Assembly (NCBI RefSeq): GCF_000619845.1
Contig: NZ_JHUX01000003.1
Coordinates: forward strand, 1,420,064-1,452,063
Origin: Alkanindiges illinoisensis DSM 15370
GTDB lineage: Bacteria > Pseudomonadota > Gammaproteobacteria > Pseudomonadales > Moraxellaceae
Direction: 5' to 3'
Length of the DNA stretch: 32,000 bases
Under the pieces are notes generated by a model that had not been told where the DNA came from, did no database searches, and was given only the letters and a program-made list of their open reading frames with translations. How positions within the stretch are numbered: the first letter of the stretch is position 1; each line of letters begins with the position of its first letter. Below are positions 1 to 8,681 of the stretch, piece after piece. Both the position numbers and the translations under genes were made by a program.

Positions 1-2187
1 CAGCTTGAGCAACTCAGCCAGCAGTTAAGCAACCTGATTACCCGGCATGGCAACCTTGAGCAATTTGAACAGCAGTTGCACGAAACCCAGCAACAACTGG
101 AAAAGCAGCATAAGCATCAGGCCGCTTGCGAGCGCATTAGCGACCAGCTTAAATCCTGGCTCAAGGTAGAACAGCAAATTCTGGCCATGCAGCAGCAACA
201 GACCAGCGAACAGCAACAGCTTGGCACCCTGCAAGCCGAAGCCCAGCACACCAGCCAAAAAACGCAAAATGCCGAGTTACAGCTTAAAACCACCCAGCAA
301 TTGCTGAATGAGCAACGCCTGTTTACGGCGCAAAGTGTTAAGGAATTGCGGCAGCAACTAACGCCAGAACATCCCTGCATGGTTTGTGGCAGCACCGAGC
401 ATCCCTTTTATGATCCGCAAAACCTGCTCAATGCCCTTAACCAGCAACTGGATGCCCAGCAGCAACAGGCAGAGTTGGACCTACAGCAGGCACGCCAGCA
501 AGAAACTCAACTCCAACAACAGATTACCCGCCTGCAAACCAGCCTTGACCAGCTTGGCAACCGTCAAAAGCATGCCACTGATGATCGGCAAAGCATTCTA
601 GATGAAATCTGCAAGATCAGCAGCAAGTTCTATCAAAAGCTGGAACAGCAACCAGAACTCACTTTTGCCCAGCAGTTACTAAAAGACATACAGGATAAAC
701 TCGACAGCAGCCGAACCGCGCTTGAGCAACAATGCCAGCAGCAGCAAGCCCAGCTTAAAACCTGGCAGCAACTGGAAAAACAGCAGGAACAAAGCCAGAA
801 GCTGCTGGAAAAACAGCAGGAACTGGTAGCGCTGGAACAACAAACAGTTGAAGCTTTAACTCCGTCTTTAGTGCAAGCATGGCACCATCAGTGTATCGAG
901 GCATCAAGCCAGTTTGTACAAAGCATTCAGTTACGCTGCAAAGCCCAGGAACAACTCAGGCAACTGGAAAAACAGGCGCAGCAACAGCAGCACCAATTGT
1001 TGCAGCTACAATCTGCCATTTATCATGCACAGGCACAACACACTGAATTACAGCAACAACTGAAACAGCAGCAAGCCAGTCAACAGCAAATCCAGCAGCA
1101 ACTCGATGCTGTGTTTACGCAATACGCAGCGCCTTTTACAGTGCGCTCCAGCGAAGACTGGTTACAACAGCTACAGCAGCAACAGCAAAATCAGCAACAG
1201 CAATTGAATCAGGCTGACCAGCTTAAACAACAGACAGAAAAACAGCACATCAAAGTGCAGCAGCAACTGGAACACCTACAGCAGGATTTGCAAAAAAACC
1301 AGCTTGCCCTACAGCAAGTACAACAGAAAATTGTGCAGTGGCAACAGCAACATGCGGAATTACAGCCCGCAATGATTGAAAAATTGCTGCACTGTGATTA
1401 CTTGCATAAACAGCAGCTTCAGGATCAATGCCAGCACCTGCAACAACAGCGACAACAGGCTGAAAACACGCTCAGTGTTTATCAACAGCAACAGCAGCAG
1501 CACTCAACCAGTCACCCACCGCTGAATCTGCAAGACTTGCAAGTCCGTATGCTGGACATTATTCAGACCTTGCAACAACTGGATGAACAATACACCGCCC
1601 TAAAACTTAAAAAAATGCAGGATGAGCAACAGCAGCAGCAAGCCGTGCAATATCAGGCCGAACTCAACAGGGCCAGAGCCGAGTATCACCGCTGGGACAA
1701 GATTTCAAGCCTGATTGGCGATGCCAAAGGTGCAACCTTTAAAAAACTGGCACAACAGTTTCACCTGCAAATGCTGGTTGAGCTGGCCAACCAGCAGCTT
1801 GTCGCCTTAACGCCGCGTTATTCGCTGCGCTGTATTGAAGATTCGCTGGGCCTGACCATTGTTGATCATTATATGAATGATGAAGTTCGCCCTGTGCTCT
1901 CGCTATCCGGTGGCGAAAGCTTTCTGGTGTCACTGGCGCTGGCATTGGGCATTGCCAATATGGCGTCCGGCAATACCAAACTGGAATCGCTGTTTATTGA
2001 TGAAGGCTTTGGCACACTGGATCAAAGCTCGCTGCATGTGGTGATGGATGCTTTGGATCGCTTGCAAAGCCAAGGTCGCAAGGTGGTATTAATTTCGCAT
2101 ATTACTGAAATGCATGAGCGCATTCCGGTCAAGATTCAGGTGATTCCGCAAGGGTCTGGAGCCAGTCGAATTGAGGTGGTTGGTTAA
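1..2187 (+). CDS. sbcC: Exonuclease SbcC (Rad50-like ATPase), C-terminal ~728 codons; 5' end lies outside the window
   Basis: Frame 1 is open from base 1, with no stop before the first ATG at 76, so the gene enters from the left edge. It has a very long Gln/Leu/Glu-rich coiled coil and a CxxC zinc-hook motif (HPCMVCGSTEHP, Cys codons at 376-387). The C-terminus carries the ABC/SMC signature LSGGESFLVSLALALG, Walker B LFIDEGFGTLD and H-loop LISHITE. Confidence 0.85.
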   Translation, partial: QLEQLSQQLSNLITRHGNLEQFEQQLHETQQQLEKQHKHQAACERISDQLKSWLKVEQQILAMQQQQTSEQQQLGTLQAEAQHTSQKTQNAELQLKTTQQLLNEQRLFTAQSVKELRQQLTPEHPCMVCGSTEHPFYDPQNLLNALNQQLDAQQQQAELDLQQARQQETQLQQQITRLQTSLDQLGNRQKHATDDRQSILDEICKISSKFYQKLEQQPELTFAQQLLKDIQDKLDSSRTALEQQCQQQQAQLKTWQQLEKQQEQSQKLLEKQQELVALEQQTVEALTPSLVQAWHHQCIEASSQFVQSIQLRCKAQEQLRQLEKQAQQQQHQLLQLQSAIYHAQAQHTELQQQLKQQQASQQQIQQQLDAVFTQYAAPFTVRSSEDWLQQLQQQQQNQQQQLNQADQLKQQTEKQHIKVQQQLEHLQQDLQKNQLALQQVQQKIVQWQQQHAELQPAMIEKLLHCDYLHKQQLQDQCQHLQQQRQQAENTLSVYQQQQQQHSTSHPPLNLQDLQVRMLDIIQTLQQLDEQYTALKLKKMQDEQQQQQAVQYQAELNRARAEYHRWDKISSLIGDAKGATFKKLAQQFHLQMLVELANQQLVALTPRYSLRCIEDSLGLTIVDHYMNDEVRPVLSLSGGESFLVSLALALGIANMASGNTKLESLFIDEGFGTLDQSSLHVVMDALDRLQSQGRKVVLISHITEMHERIPVKIQVIPQGSGASRIEVVG

Positions 2188-2244
2188 TTAACTGTATTTT
2201 TCTCCTTTATCAGAAAGTGACATAAAGAGGTTGAATTATTCAGG

Positions 2245-2622
2245 TTATTGATGAATCACGTTTCTATTTTCAATGAGCTGCTGTGTTTGCCAATGCACGC
2301 CGAATAAGTTTTTCAGGACTTCGTGATTGGTAAAACGTAATACTGCAATATCCAGTGACTGGAAATATTGATCACGGATTTGATCATTTTGCTGACCAGC
2401 CTGTGTAAAATGACTATCACCGTCAACTTCAATGACGAGCTTCAAGGCCGGACAGTAAAAATCCGTAATGTAGTGGCCTATTCCATGCTGACGCCTGAAC
2501 TTTACACCGAGCTGATTGTTGCGTAAAACTTGCCAAAGTTGTTGTTCTGCTACCGTCGCATTGTTGCGTAAGTTTTGTCGTCTTTCTTTATATTCTGTCC
2601 GGTTAAATATTTTCTGGTTCAC
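2245..2622 (-). CDS. DUF559 (Vsr/MutH-fold) endonuclease-like protein, 125 aa, GTG start
   Basis: The family-typical string is present: AEQQLWQVLRNNQLGVKFRRQHGIGHYITDFYCPALKLVIEVDGDSH...DIAVLRFTNHEVL. The protein has no internal Met. GTG at 2622 is preceded by GAGAG about 6 nt upstream. Confidence 0.8.
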   Translation of the reverse strand: MNQKIFNRTEYKERRQNLRNNATVAEQQLWQVLRNNQLGVKFRRQHGIGHYITDFYCPALKLVIEVDGDSHFTQAGQQNDQIRDQYFQSLDIAVLRFTNHEVLKNLFGVHWQTQQLIENRNVIHQ

Positions 2623-2700
2623 TTAATTCTCTCGATTTATTATTTTACACTTCTTTATTGATTATAAAAATTTCTAGTAGTACCAGTAACATGTGATCAG

Positions 2701-2810
2701 GCTAGCAGTTCCCCTCCCTTATTAAGGGAGGGTTAGGGAGGGTGTTTTAAATAAAAGTTGCTAATTTTTATAACCCCCTCCAGCTCCCCCTTATCAGGGG
2801 GAGGGCTAGC
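2701..2810. repeat. 110-bp GC-rich nested palindromic element (REP/MITE-like), bounded by GCTAGC on both ends
   Basis: The left module has hairpin CCCTCCCTTA-T-TAAGGGAGGG (2712-2732) followed by an extra arm copy TTAGGGAGGG. The right module has an extra arm CCCCCTCC followed by hairpin CTCCCCCT-TATC-AGGGGGAG (2784-2803). The two ~40-bp modules are inverted relative to each other around a 29-bp AT-rich core. GCTAGC sits at 2701-2706 and 2805-2810. Confidence 0.6.
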
Positions 2811-2871
2811 CGCCGTGGTTAAACCTATATTCAACAAAAATGTATTGGATTTCCTATTTTTCTAAGAAAAG

Positions 2872-3561
2872 CTAGCTGGATTTAATAGGACGCACCCCAA
2901 ACAACGCTGTCCCTACCCTGACCATCGTTGAACCCGCAGCAATCGCCTCCTCTAAGTCACCCGACATGCCCATGCTTAAGGTATCCCAGTCATCTGGTTG
3001 CGCATGCTGTGCCTTTACGTCATCAAACAATTTTTTAGCATCAGCAAAAGCAGCGGTATTATCCGGTTTTGGAATAACCATCAGACCACGCAGGCGAATG
3101 TTGGCAAGCTGACTGATTTGCTGCACCAGTTCTGGTACTTCTGCTGGTGCACAGCCATCCTTGCTGTCCTGCCCATCAATATTGACCTGAATGCAGATAT
3201 TTAATGGCTTCAGGTTTTCCGGGCGCTGGGCTGATAATCGCTCGGCAATAATCAGCCGGTCTACCCCATGTATCCAGTCAAAATGTGCTGCGAGGGGTTT
3301 GGTTTTATTGCGCTGCACATGGCCAATAAAATGCCATTCAAGGTCTAAGTCCTGCAATTGCTCCTGCTTGGCCAGGGCTTCTTGCAAGTAGTTTTCACCA
3401 AAGCGGCGCTGGCCTGCCATATGCATTTCACGTAGCACATCTGCCGGATGGGTTTTAGAGACGGCCAAAAGTTGAACATCTTCAAATTTTCTTGCATTTT
3501 TTTTGCAAGCTGCTTCAATTTTACTCAGTATTTGTTGCCGTTTTAGCCCAAAATCAGTCAT
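2872..3561 (-). CDS. yggS: YggS-family pyridoxal-phosphate homeostasis protein (229 aa)
   Basis: Motifs include LLAVSKTHP (PLP lysine), HFIGHVQRNK and LSMGMSGD. I moved the start to ATG at 3561 (MTDFGLKRQQIL...) instead of the ORF-track 3639. Divergent placement next to pilT is the arrangement I know from Pseudomonas. Confidence 0.9.
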   Translation of the reverse strand: MTDFGLKRQQILSKIEAACKKNARKFEDVQLLAVSKTHPADVLREMHMAGQRRFGENYLQEALAKQEQLQDLDLEWHFIGHVQRNKTKPLAAHFDWIHGVDRLIIAERLSAQRPENLKPLNICIQVNIDGQDSKDGCAPAEVPELVQQISQLANIRLRGLMVIPKPDNTAAFADAKKLFDDVKAQHAQPDDWDTLSMGMSGDLEEAIAAGSTMVRVGTALFGVRPIKSS

Positions 3562-3684
3562 GATCTGCCTATAGATAAAAGACGCGATGGAATGTGCCCG
3601 GTGACCTAGCATAACGCATTTTTTGCGCTGCCACCTCATCAGTCATTTTAACCATCGATTTGCTTTAAGCATTACGAGGTTTAC

Positions 3685-4722
3685 ATGGATATTACCGAAT
3701 TACTTGCGTTTTCTGCCAAAAATGGTGCATCGGACTTACACTTGTCGGCAGGCTTGCCGCCCATGATCCGGGTAGATGGCGAAGTACGCCGTATTAATTT
3801 GCCAGCAATGGAACACAAGGAGGTTCACCGGCTGATTTATGACATCATGAATGACAAGCAGCGCCGTGACTATGAAGAATTTCTGGAAACCGACTTTTCC
3901 TTTGAAGTTCCCGGCATCGCGCGTTTCCGTGTCAACGCCTTTAACCAGAACCGTGGTGCAGGTGCGGTATTCCGGACGATTCCATCCAAAGTCCTGACCA
4001 TGGATGATCTGGGACTCGGCCAGATTTTCAAGGATATCAGTGACTATCCACGCGGCATTGTGCTGGTAACCGGGCCAACGGGTTCTGGCAAATCCACCAC
4101 ACTGGCTGCCATGCTGGACTATATTAACAATACCCGCTTTGACCATATTTTAACCGTTGAAGACCCGATTGAATTTGTACACACACCAAAAAAATGTTTG
4201 ATTAACCAGCGTGAAGTGCACCGCGATACGCATGGCTTTAATGAAGCCCTGCGCTCGGCGCTACGTGAAGACCCGGATATTATTCTGGTGGGTGAGATGC
4301 GTGACCTTGAAACCATTCGTCTGGCGCTGACTGCCGCCGAAACTGGCCACTTGGTATTTGGAACACTGCACACCACCTCAGCGGCCAAAACCATTGACCG
4401 CGTGGTGGACGTATTCCCTGCCGAAGAAAAAGATATGGTTCGTTCGATGCTATCTGAATCATTGCAGGCAGTAATTTCACAAACCCTGCTCAAGAAAAAT
4501 GGCGGGGGCCGTGTGGCAGCGCATGAAATCATGATTGGTATTCCGGCCATCCGTAACCTCATTCGTGAGAACAAGGTCGCCCAGATGTATTCTGCAATCC
4601 AGACCGGTGCAGGCTATGGCATGACTACACTGGATCAAAGCCTGAAAACGCTGGTCGCCAAGGGTGTGATTAGCCCGGCAGCTGCGCGCAGTGCTGCTAA
4701 AGTTCCGGAAAGTTTTACCTAA
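3685..4722 (+). CDS. pilT: Type IV pilus retraction ATPase PilT
   Basis: Near-colinear similarity to PilT as I remember it (MDITELLAFSAKNGASDLHLSAGLPPMIRVDG...). It has Walker A GPTGSGKST, Walker B ILVGEMRD and the AIRNLIRE motif. GAGG lies upstream of the ATG. Confidence 0.95.
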   Translation: MDITELLAFSAKNGASDLHLSAGLPPMIRVDGEVRRINLPAMEHKEVHRLIYDIMNDKQRRDYEEFLETDFSFEVPGIARFRVNAFNQNRGAGAVFRTIPSKVLTMDDLGLGQIFKDISDYPRGIVLVTGPTGSGKSTTLAAMLDYINNTRFDHILTVEDPIEFVHTPKKCLINQREVHRDTHGFNEALRSALREDPDIILVGEMRDLETIRLALTAAETGHLVFGTLHTTSAAKTIDRVVDVFPAEEKDMVRSMLSESLQAVISQTLLKKNGGGRVAAHEIMIGIPAIRNLIRENKVAQMYSAIQTGAGYGMTTLDQSLKTLVAKGVISPAAARSAAKVPESFT

Positions 4723-4761
4723 TTTTTTTCACCTTATTCGTAAGCATCACAGGGATGTATC

Positions 4762-5886
4762 ATGGAATTTAATGATTTATTGCGACTGATGGTCGAAAAA
4801 AACGGGTCAGACCTGTTTATCACTGCGGGTGTTGCGCCATCCATGAAAATCAATGGCAAGATTATTCCAGTCACCAAGACAGCCTTAACCCCGGAAGTGG
4901 TTGGCCAGCTGATTCACAGTGTCATGACTGACAAGCAACGGGAAGAATTCCGCATAACGCGGGAATGCAACTTTGCCATTACCGACAAGGATGAAACCGC
5001 TCGTTTTCGCGTGAGTGCCTTTGTACAGCGCGATTTTCCGGGCATGATTTTGCGCCGGATCGAAACTCATATTCCCTCGGTGGAAGACCTCAAGCTGCCC
5101 ACGGTTATCAAAGACCTTGCTATGACCAAGCGCGGCATTATCATTTTTGTGGGCGCTACCGGTACTGGTAAATCCACCTCTCTGGCGTCCATGATCGGTC
5201 ACCGCAACAAGAATTCACGCGGTCATATCATTACCATTGAAGACCCGATTGAATTTGTACACCAGCATTCTGGTTGCATCATTACCCAGCGCGAAGTGGG
5301 CATTGATACCGAATCCTTTGAAATTGCCCTGAAAAATACGCTGCGTCAGGCGCCGGATGTCATCCTGATTGGGGAAATCCGTACCCGCGAAGTCATGGAC
5401 TATGCGATTGCCTTCGCTGAAACCGGTCACCTGGTGCTGGCAACCCTACACGCCAACAATGCCAACCAGGCACTTGATCGCATCATTCACTTCTTTGAAG
5501 CCGACCGTCATGGCCAGCTTTATATGGATTTATCACTTAACCTGAAAGCGCTGGTGGCCCAGCAACTGATTCCAACCCCAGATGGCAAGGCACGCCGTGC
5601 CTGTATTGAGGTACTGATCAATACGCCGCTGGTATCCGATTACATCCGCAAGGGTGAAATCCATGAAATCAAGAATGTGATGAAACGCTCGCGCGAACTG
5701 GGCATGCAGACTTTCGACCAGGCTTTGTATGACCTGTATCTGGGCGGTGAAATCACCTATGACGATGCCATCAAGCACGCCGATGCGCCCAACGATTTAC
5801 GCCTGATGATCAAGCTGGGCAAAAATGCGGATACCCGCTTTCTGGATCAGGCCACCAAAGGTCTGGCCATTGAGGATAGCGAATAG
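4762..5886 (+). CDS. pilU: Type IV pilus ATPase PilU (PilT paralog)
   Basis: MEFNDLLRLMVEKNGSDLFITAGV..., Walker A GATGTGKST and ILIGEIRTRE are present. It sits directly downstream of pilT after a 39-nt gap, the canonical pilT-pilU pair. Confidence 0.93.
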   Translation: MEFNDLLRLMVEKNGSDLFITAGVAPSMKINGKIIPVTKTALTPEVVGQLIHSVMTDKQREEFRITRECNFAITDKDETARFRVSAFVQRDFPGMILRRIETHIPSVEDLKLPTVIKDLAMTKRGIIIFVGATGTGKSTSLASMIGHRNKNSRGHIITIEDPIEFVHQHSGCIITQREVGIDTESFEIALKNTLRQAPDVILIGEIRTREVMDYAIAFAETGHLVLATLHANNANQALDRIIHFFEADRHGQLYMDLSLNLKALVAQQLIPTPDGKARRACIEVLINTPLVSDYIRKGEIHEIKNVMKRSRELGMQTFDQALYDLYLGGEITYDDAIKHADAPNDLRLMIKLGKNADTRFLDQATKGLAIEDSE

Positions 5887-5910
5887 CTTTTTAGCCATTC
5901 ACATCAGACA

Positions 5911-5944
5911 AAAAAAGGCGATATCATCCGGTATCGCCTTTTTC
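5911..5944. terminator. Bidirectional Rho-independent terminator between convergent pilU and the thioesterase gene
   Basis: Stem AAGGCGATA (5915-5923) pairs with TATCGCCTT (5932-5940) around an 8-nt loop. An A-run lies upstream and a T-run downstream, so either strand gets a U-tract. Confidence 0.7.
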
Positions 5945-5967
5945 CATGTCTGATTTTTACTGCTTTT

Positions 5968-6399
5968 TTAGCGAATAATCATATTGGTTGCGGTAGCAAA
6001 TGCATAAATTTTATCATTTTCATCCCGAATATAGCCTTCGGAAATTACCAGACTTTTACTCACATTAATCACCTTGCCTTCAGCGCGCAGGGTTTTGTTA
6101 AACGGAATGGGACGGCACATCTTGATATTCAGGTCAATGGTGCCATAACCTTCACCAGCCGCCAGCACCGTATGCGTGGCACAGCCTGTGACTGAATCCA
6201 GCACGGTTGCAGCAAAACCACCATGCACGCCGCCCAGTGGATTGGTATGACTTTCATTGGCTGTTGCTGTAAAAACAACACGGCCCTGCTCTACTTCCAC
6301 AGGTGCCATCGGCATGGTTTTAGCAATTCCGGGGGTTGGAAACAGGCCTTGTGCAAATGCCTGCATAATTTGCAAGCCAGTCATTTCTTTTGGATTCAT
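5968..6399 (-). CDS. PaaI-family hotdog-fold thioesterase (143 aa)
   Basis: The motif NPLGGVHGGFAATVLDSVTGCA is typical of PaaI/YdiI thioesterases, and the size fits. Confidence 0.8.
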   Translation of the reverse strand: MNPKEMTGLQIMQAFAQGLFPTPGIAKTMPMAPVEVEQGRVVFTATANESHTNPLGGVHGGFAATVLDSVTGCATHTVLAAGEGYGTIDLNIKMCRPIPFNKTLRAEGKVINVSKSLVISEGYIRDENDKIYAFATATNMIIR

Positions 6400-6472
6400 A
6401 GAATAATTTCCCGTTCAGTGATAAAACAACGATGAATAAAAATAGTTAATGATGATATGCGCGCCAGCCTGA

Positions 6473-7384
6473 TTAACAAGCAAGTGCGTCTGCTGGCTTG
6501 AGCAAACCGAGCTTGGCTTTAGTCTTGGCAACCAGCTCACTTTCATCCGTATCATTGGGATGAAAATCAGGCCGGTAATAATCCAAAAATTTGGGAATGA
6601 AAATTTTGTGGCTACTCACCATCATCTGGCCCAGTTTTTTCCACGATCTCAGGTTCAGCAATTGCTTGTCACGTTTCATCAGCACTGTGGTGTAGCCTAT
6701 CATCATGCTGGTAATCATCAGCAGTGCAAAACTAAATATCATGATTCGTGGTAAATAGGCATTTAATCCTGACCCATATAAATGCTGGTACATATCAAAG
6801 GCAACAGCCTTGTGTTCAGTTTCCTCCACACTATGCCACAGCCATAAATTACGCACGGTGTCATCGGTCATCAATTCATTGACACTGTCCATCATGGTCA
6901 CCACCAGCACCGCGGTGTAGTGCTCTAGCCCTACCGTGAGCAATAAATTGGCTTTTTTGCTCAATAACTTTTCAAGGGTTTTCAGGATTAAACCGGTTGC
7001 GTTTTCCAATGACGCCGGGTCAAGCCCAAACTGCTCAGCACTTTGATGAAAAGCATGATGCTCCTTGGAATGCATGGCTTCCTGCCCGATAAACGCACCA
7101 ATATCCTTGTCCAGTTGCGGATTATCCTTAATCTGCTTACGCAAGGCGCGTACCGAGCGCACAAAGTATGATTCTCCCTCAGGAAACAATGTCGACATGC
7201 CAGTAAACAGATGGGTTAAGGATGGTTCATTGGCGAACCAGTAGCGTGGCATGGCGGCGAACTCATAGTCCATACGCCGCACCGGAAATGATGGCTTAGC
7301 TTGCGCTAGCTTGGTTTTAGCTCGGCTGATTTTAGTTTGTATACTTTTCTTCGCAGGTACTGATACAGAGTGAGACATGGTCAT
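6473..7384 (-). CDS. Predicted metal-dependent hydrolase (COG3687/PF10118-like), ~303 aa
   Basis: Family-like strings are YWFANEPSLTHLF..LFPEGESYFVRSVR, FIGQEAMHSKEHHAFH and EETEHKAVAFD, with a hydrophobic C-terminal segment. I trimmed the start to ATG 7384 (MTMSHSV), which has GAGG 5-6 nt upstream. The ORF-track start at 7555 would overlap the divergent regulator's start region (the ORF-track regulator ORF begins at 7518). Confidence 0.6.
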   Translation of the reverse strand: MTMSHSVSVPAKKSIQTKISRAKTKLAQAKPSFPVRRMDYEFAAMPRYWFANEPSLTHLFTGMSTLFPEGESYFVRSVRALRKQIKDNPQLDKDIGAFIGQEAMHSKEHHAFHQSAEQFGLDPASLENATGLILKTLEKLLSKKANLLLTVGLEHYTAVLVVTMMDSVNELMTDDTVRNLWLWHSVEETEHKAVAFDMYQHLYGSGLNAYLPRIMIFSFALLMITSMMIGYTTVLMKRDKQLLNLRSWKKLGQMMVSSHKIFIPKFLDYYRPDFHPNDTDESELVAKTKAKLGLLKPADALAC

Positions 7385-7571
7385 GACCTCAATGGAACAA
7401 AGGGTATTTTTGGCAAAAAGCAATTTATTAAAAACATAAGTTCCTTTTTGGAACTTATAAGCCAGAGTAGATGCTTCGTAAATTGCTGTCAATATCAAAT
7501 CAGGACAGCACTGGCCCATGGGGATACCAGAAAGCAGAGTTATGCTAGAATCCACTCACGGAGGGTATGGC

Positions 7572-8033
7572 ATGAAATGGCAAGAACAAGGTGAATTAAA
7601 TTGCCCTATCGCACGCAGTCTGGCGATTTTTGGTGATCGGTGGACATTACTGATTATCCGACATTGTTTTTTAAAAATCCGGCGCTTTGATGATTTTCAA
7701 AAACAGCTTGGGGTAACACGCCATGTCCTGGCCGAGCGGCTTAACCGGCTGGTAGACGCCAGAATTCTGGAAAAAGTGGCCTATCAGGATGCCCCAAAAC
7801 GTTACGAATATCGCCTCACTGAACGTGGTTTGGCGCTGTATCCCATTATTTTAGCCATTAGTCACTGGGGCAATTCATGGCTTAATGACCAGGGTGAATT
7901 TGCGTCAGTTTCCTATATTCATAAAAGCTGTGGCCAGAAAACCCAAACCGTAATGTGTTGTTCAGCATGCGGTGAAGTATTAAATGCTCGCGACATGTTG
8001 CCTGTATTTGAAGACATTCAGCACAGTAGTTAA
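7572..8033 (+). CDS. HxlR-family winged-helix transcriptional regulator with Cys-rich C-terminal tail (153 aa)
   Basis: NCPIARSLAIFGDRWTLLIIRHCF...FDDFQKQLGVTRHVLAERLNRLV...YEYRLTERG is the HxlR pattern. ATG 7572 is preceded by GGAGGG (7560-7565). It is divergent from the hydrolase gene. Confidence 0.85.
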   Translation: MKWQEQGELNCPIARSLAIFGDRWTLLIIRHCFLKIRRFDDFQKQLGVTRHVLAERLNRLVDARILEKVAYQDAPKRYEYRLTERGLALYPIILAISHWGNSWLNDQGEFASVSYIHKSCGQKTQTVMCCSACGEVLNARDMLPVFEDIQHSS

Positions 8034-8174
8034 GTACCTAGCACTAGCATTCTTATAAATTAAATCAGTGCTGGCTACTTTGATGATGCAGAGAAATGAT
8101 GAAAATTAAATTGTTATTATTTAGTAACTAGTTTGGTTTTAGATCGGATATCTGGCGTCAGGTTAGTCCATAAG

Positions 8175-8212
8175 TTAAAAAAGCATCTCTGTATAAATCA
8201 AGAGATGCTTTT
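8175..8212 (-). terminator. Rho-independent terminator downstream of fur
   Basis: Stem GCATCTCT (8183-8190) pairs with AGAGATGC (8201-8208) around a 10-nt loop. On the minus strand it is followed by T6. Confidence 0.6.
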
Positions 8213-8243
8213 ACAAGCCCAGCAACAACGTCTGGTTTTTCAC

Positions 8244-8681
8244 TTATTTTTTACGTGCCGCGTCCTGACATTCCGGCTTGTTACAATAGCCGTACAGGTT
8301 CAGGGAATGCCCGGTTAGGGTAAAACCCAGATTTTCAGCGACCTTATGCTGCTCGGATTCAATCACCGGATTGGTGAATTCCACGACCTTGTTACAGCTT
8401 TGACAAACCATGTGGTCATGGTGATCTTCCTGCATGATTTCAAACACGGAATGATTGTTTTCAAAGTGGTGACGCTCAATAATGCCCGCAGCCTCAAACT
8501 GGGTCAGCACCCGGTAAACGGTCGCCAAACCAACGTCTTCGCCCTGTTCCAGCAGTGTTTTATAAATATCTTCTGCGCTTAAATGATGATCACTTGAGTT
8601 TTCCAGTAACTCTAAAATCTTGATGCGTGGCAGGGTTACCTTTAGGCCAGCCTTACGCAAGTCCTGATTGGTGATTGGCAT
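8244..8681 (-). CDS. fur: Ferric uptake regulator Fur (145 aa)
   Basis: MPITNQDLRKAGLKVTLPRIKILELLE, HHDHMVCQSC and C-terminal CNKPEC are present. I chose ATG 8681; the ORF-track start at 8696 is a TTG. Confidence 0.93.
   Translation of the reverse strand: MPITNQDLRKAGLKVTLPRIKILELLENSSDHHLSAEDIYKTLLEQGEDVGLATVYRVLTQFEAAGIIERHHFENNHSVFEIMQEDHHDHMVCQSCNKVVEFTNPVIESEQHKVAENLGFTLTGHSLNLYGYCNKPECQDAARKK

Noticed and set aside
25-395. ORFs of 80 and 92 aa on the minus strand inside sbcC
   Set aside because: They are antisense shadows of the CAG/CAA-rich coiled-coil coding DNA. Their products are low-complexity (Leu/Cys/Ser-rich), they have no SD, and they lie fully inside a well-supported gene.
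7385-7555. N-terminal extensions given by the ORF track (hydrolase to 7555, also HxlR from 7518, fur to 8696, tig to 27444, clpP to 25914, yggS to 3639, argB from 20108, amidotransferase from 21284, crotonase to 31969)
   Set aside because: Most of the extended starts I checked are TTG codons, and none of those I examined shows a convincing SD. They add non-homologous residues and in two cases make divergent genes overlap. Internal ATG/GTG starts with SD sequences match the family N-termini.
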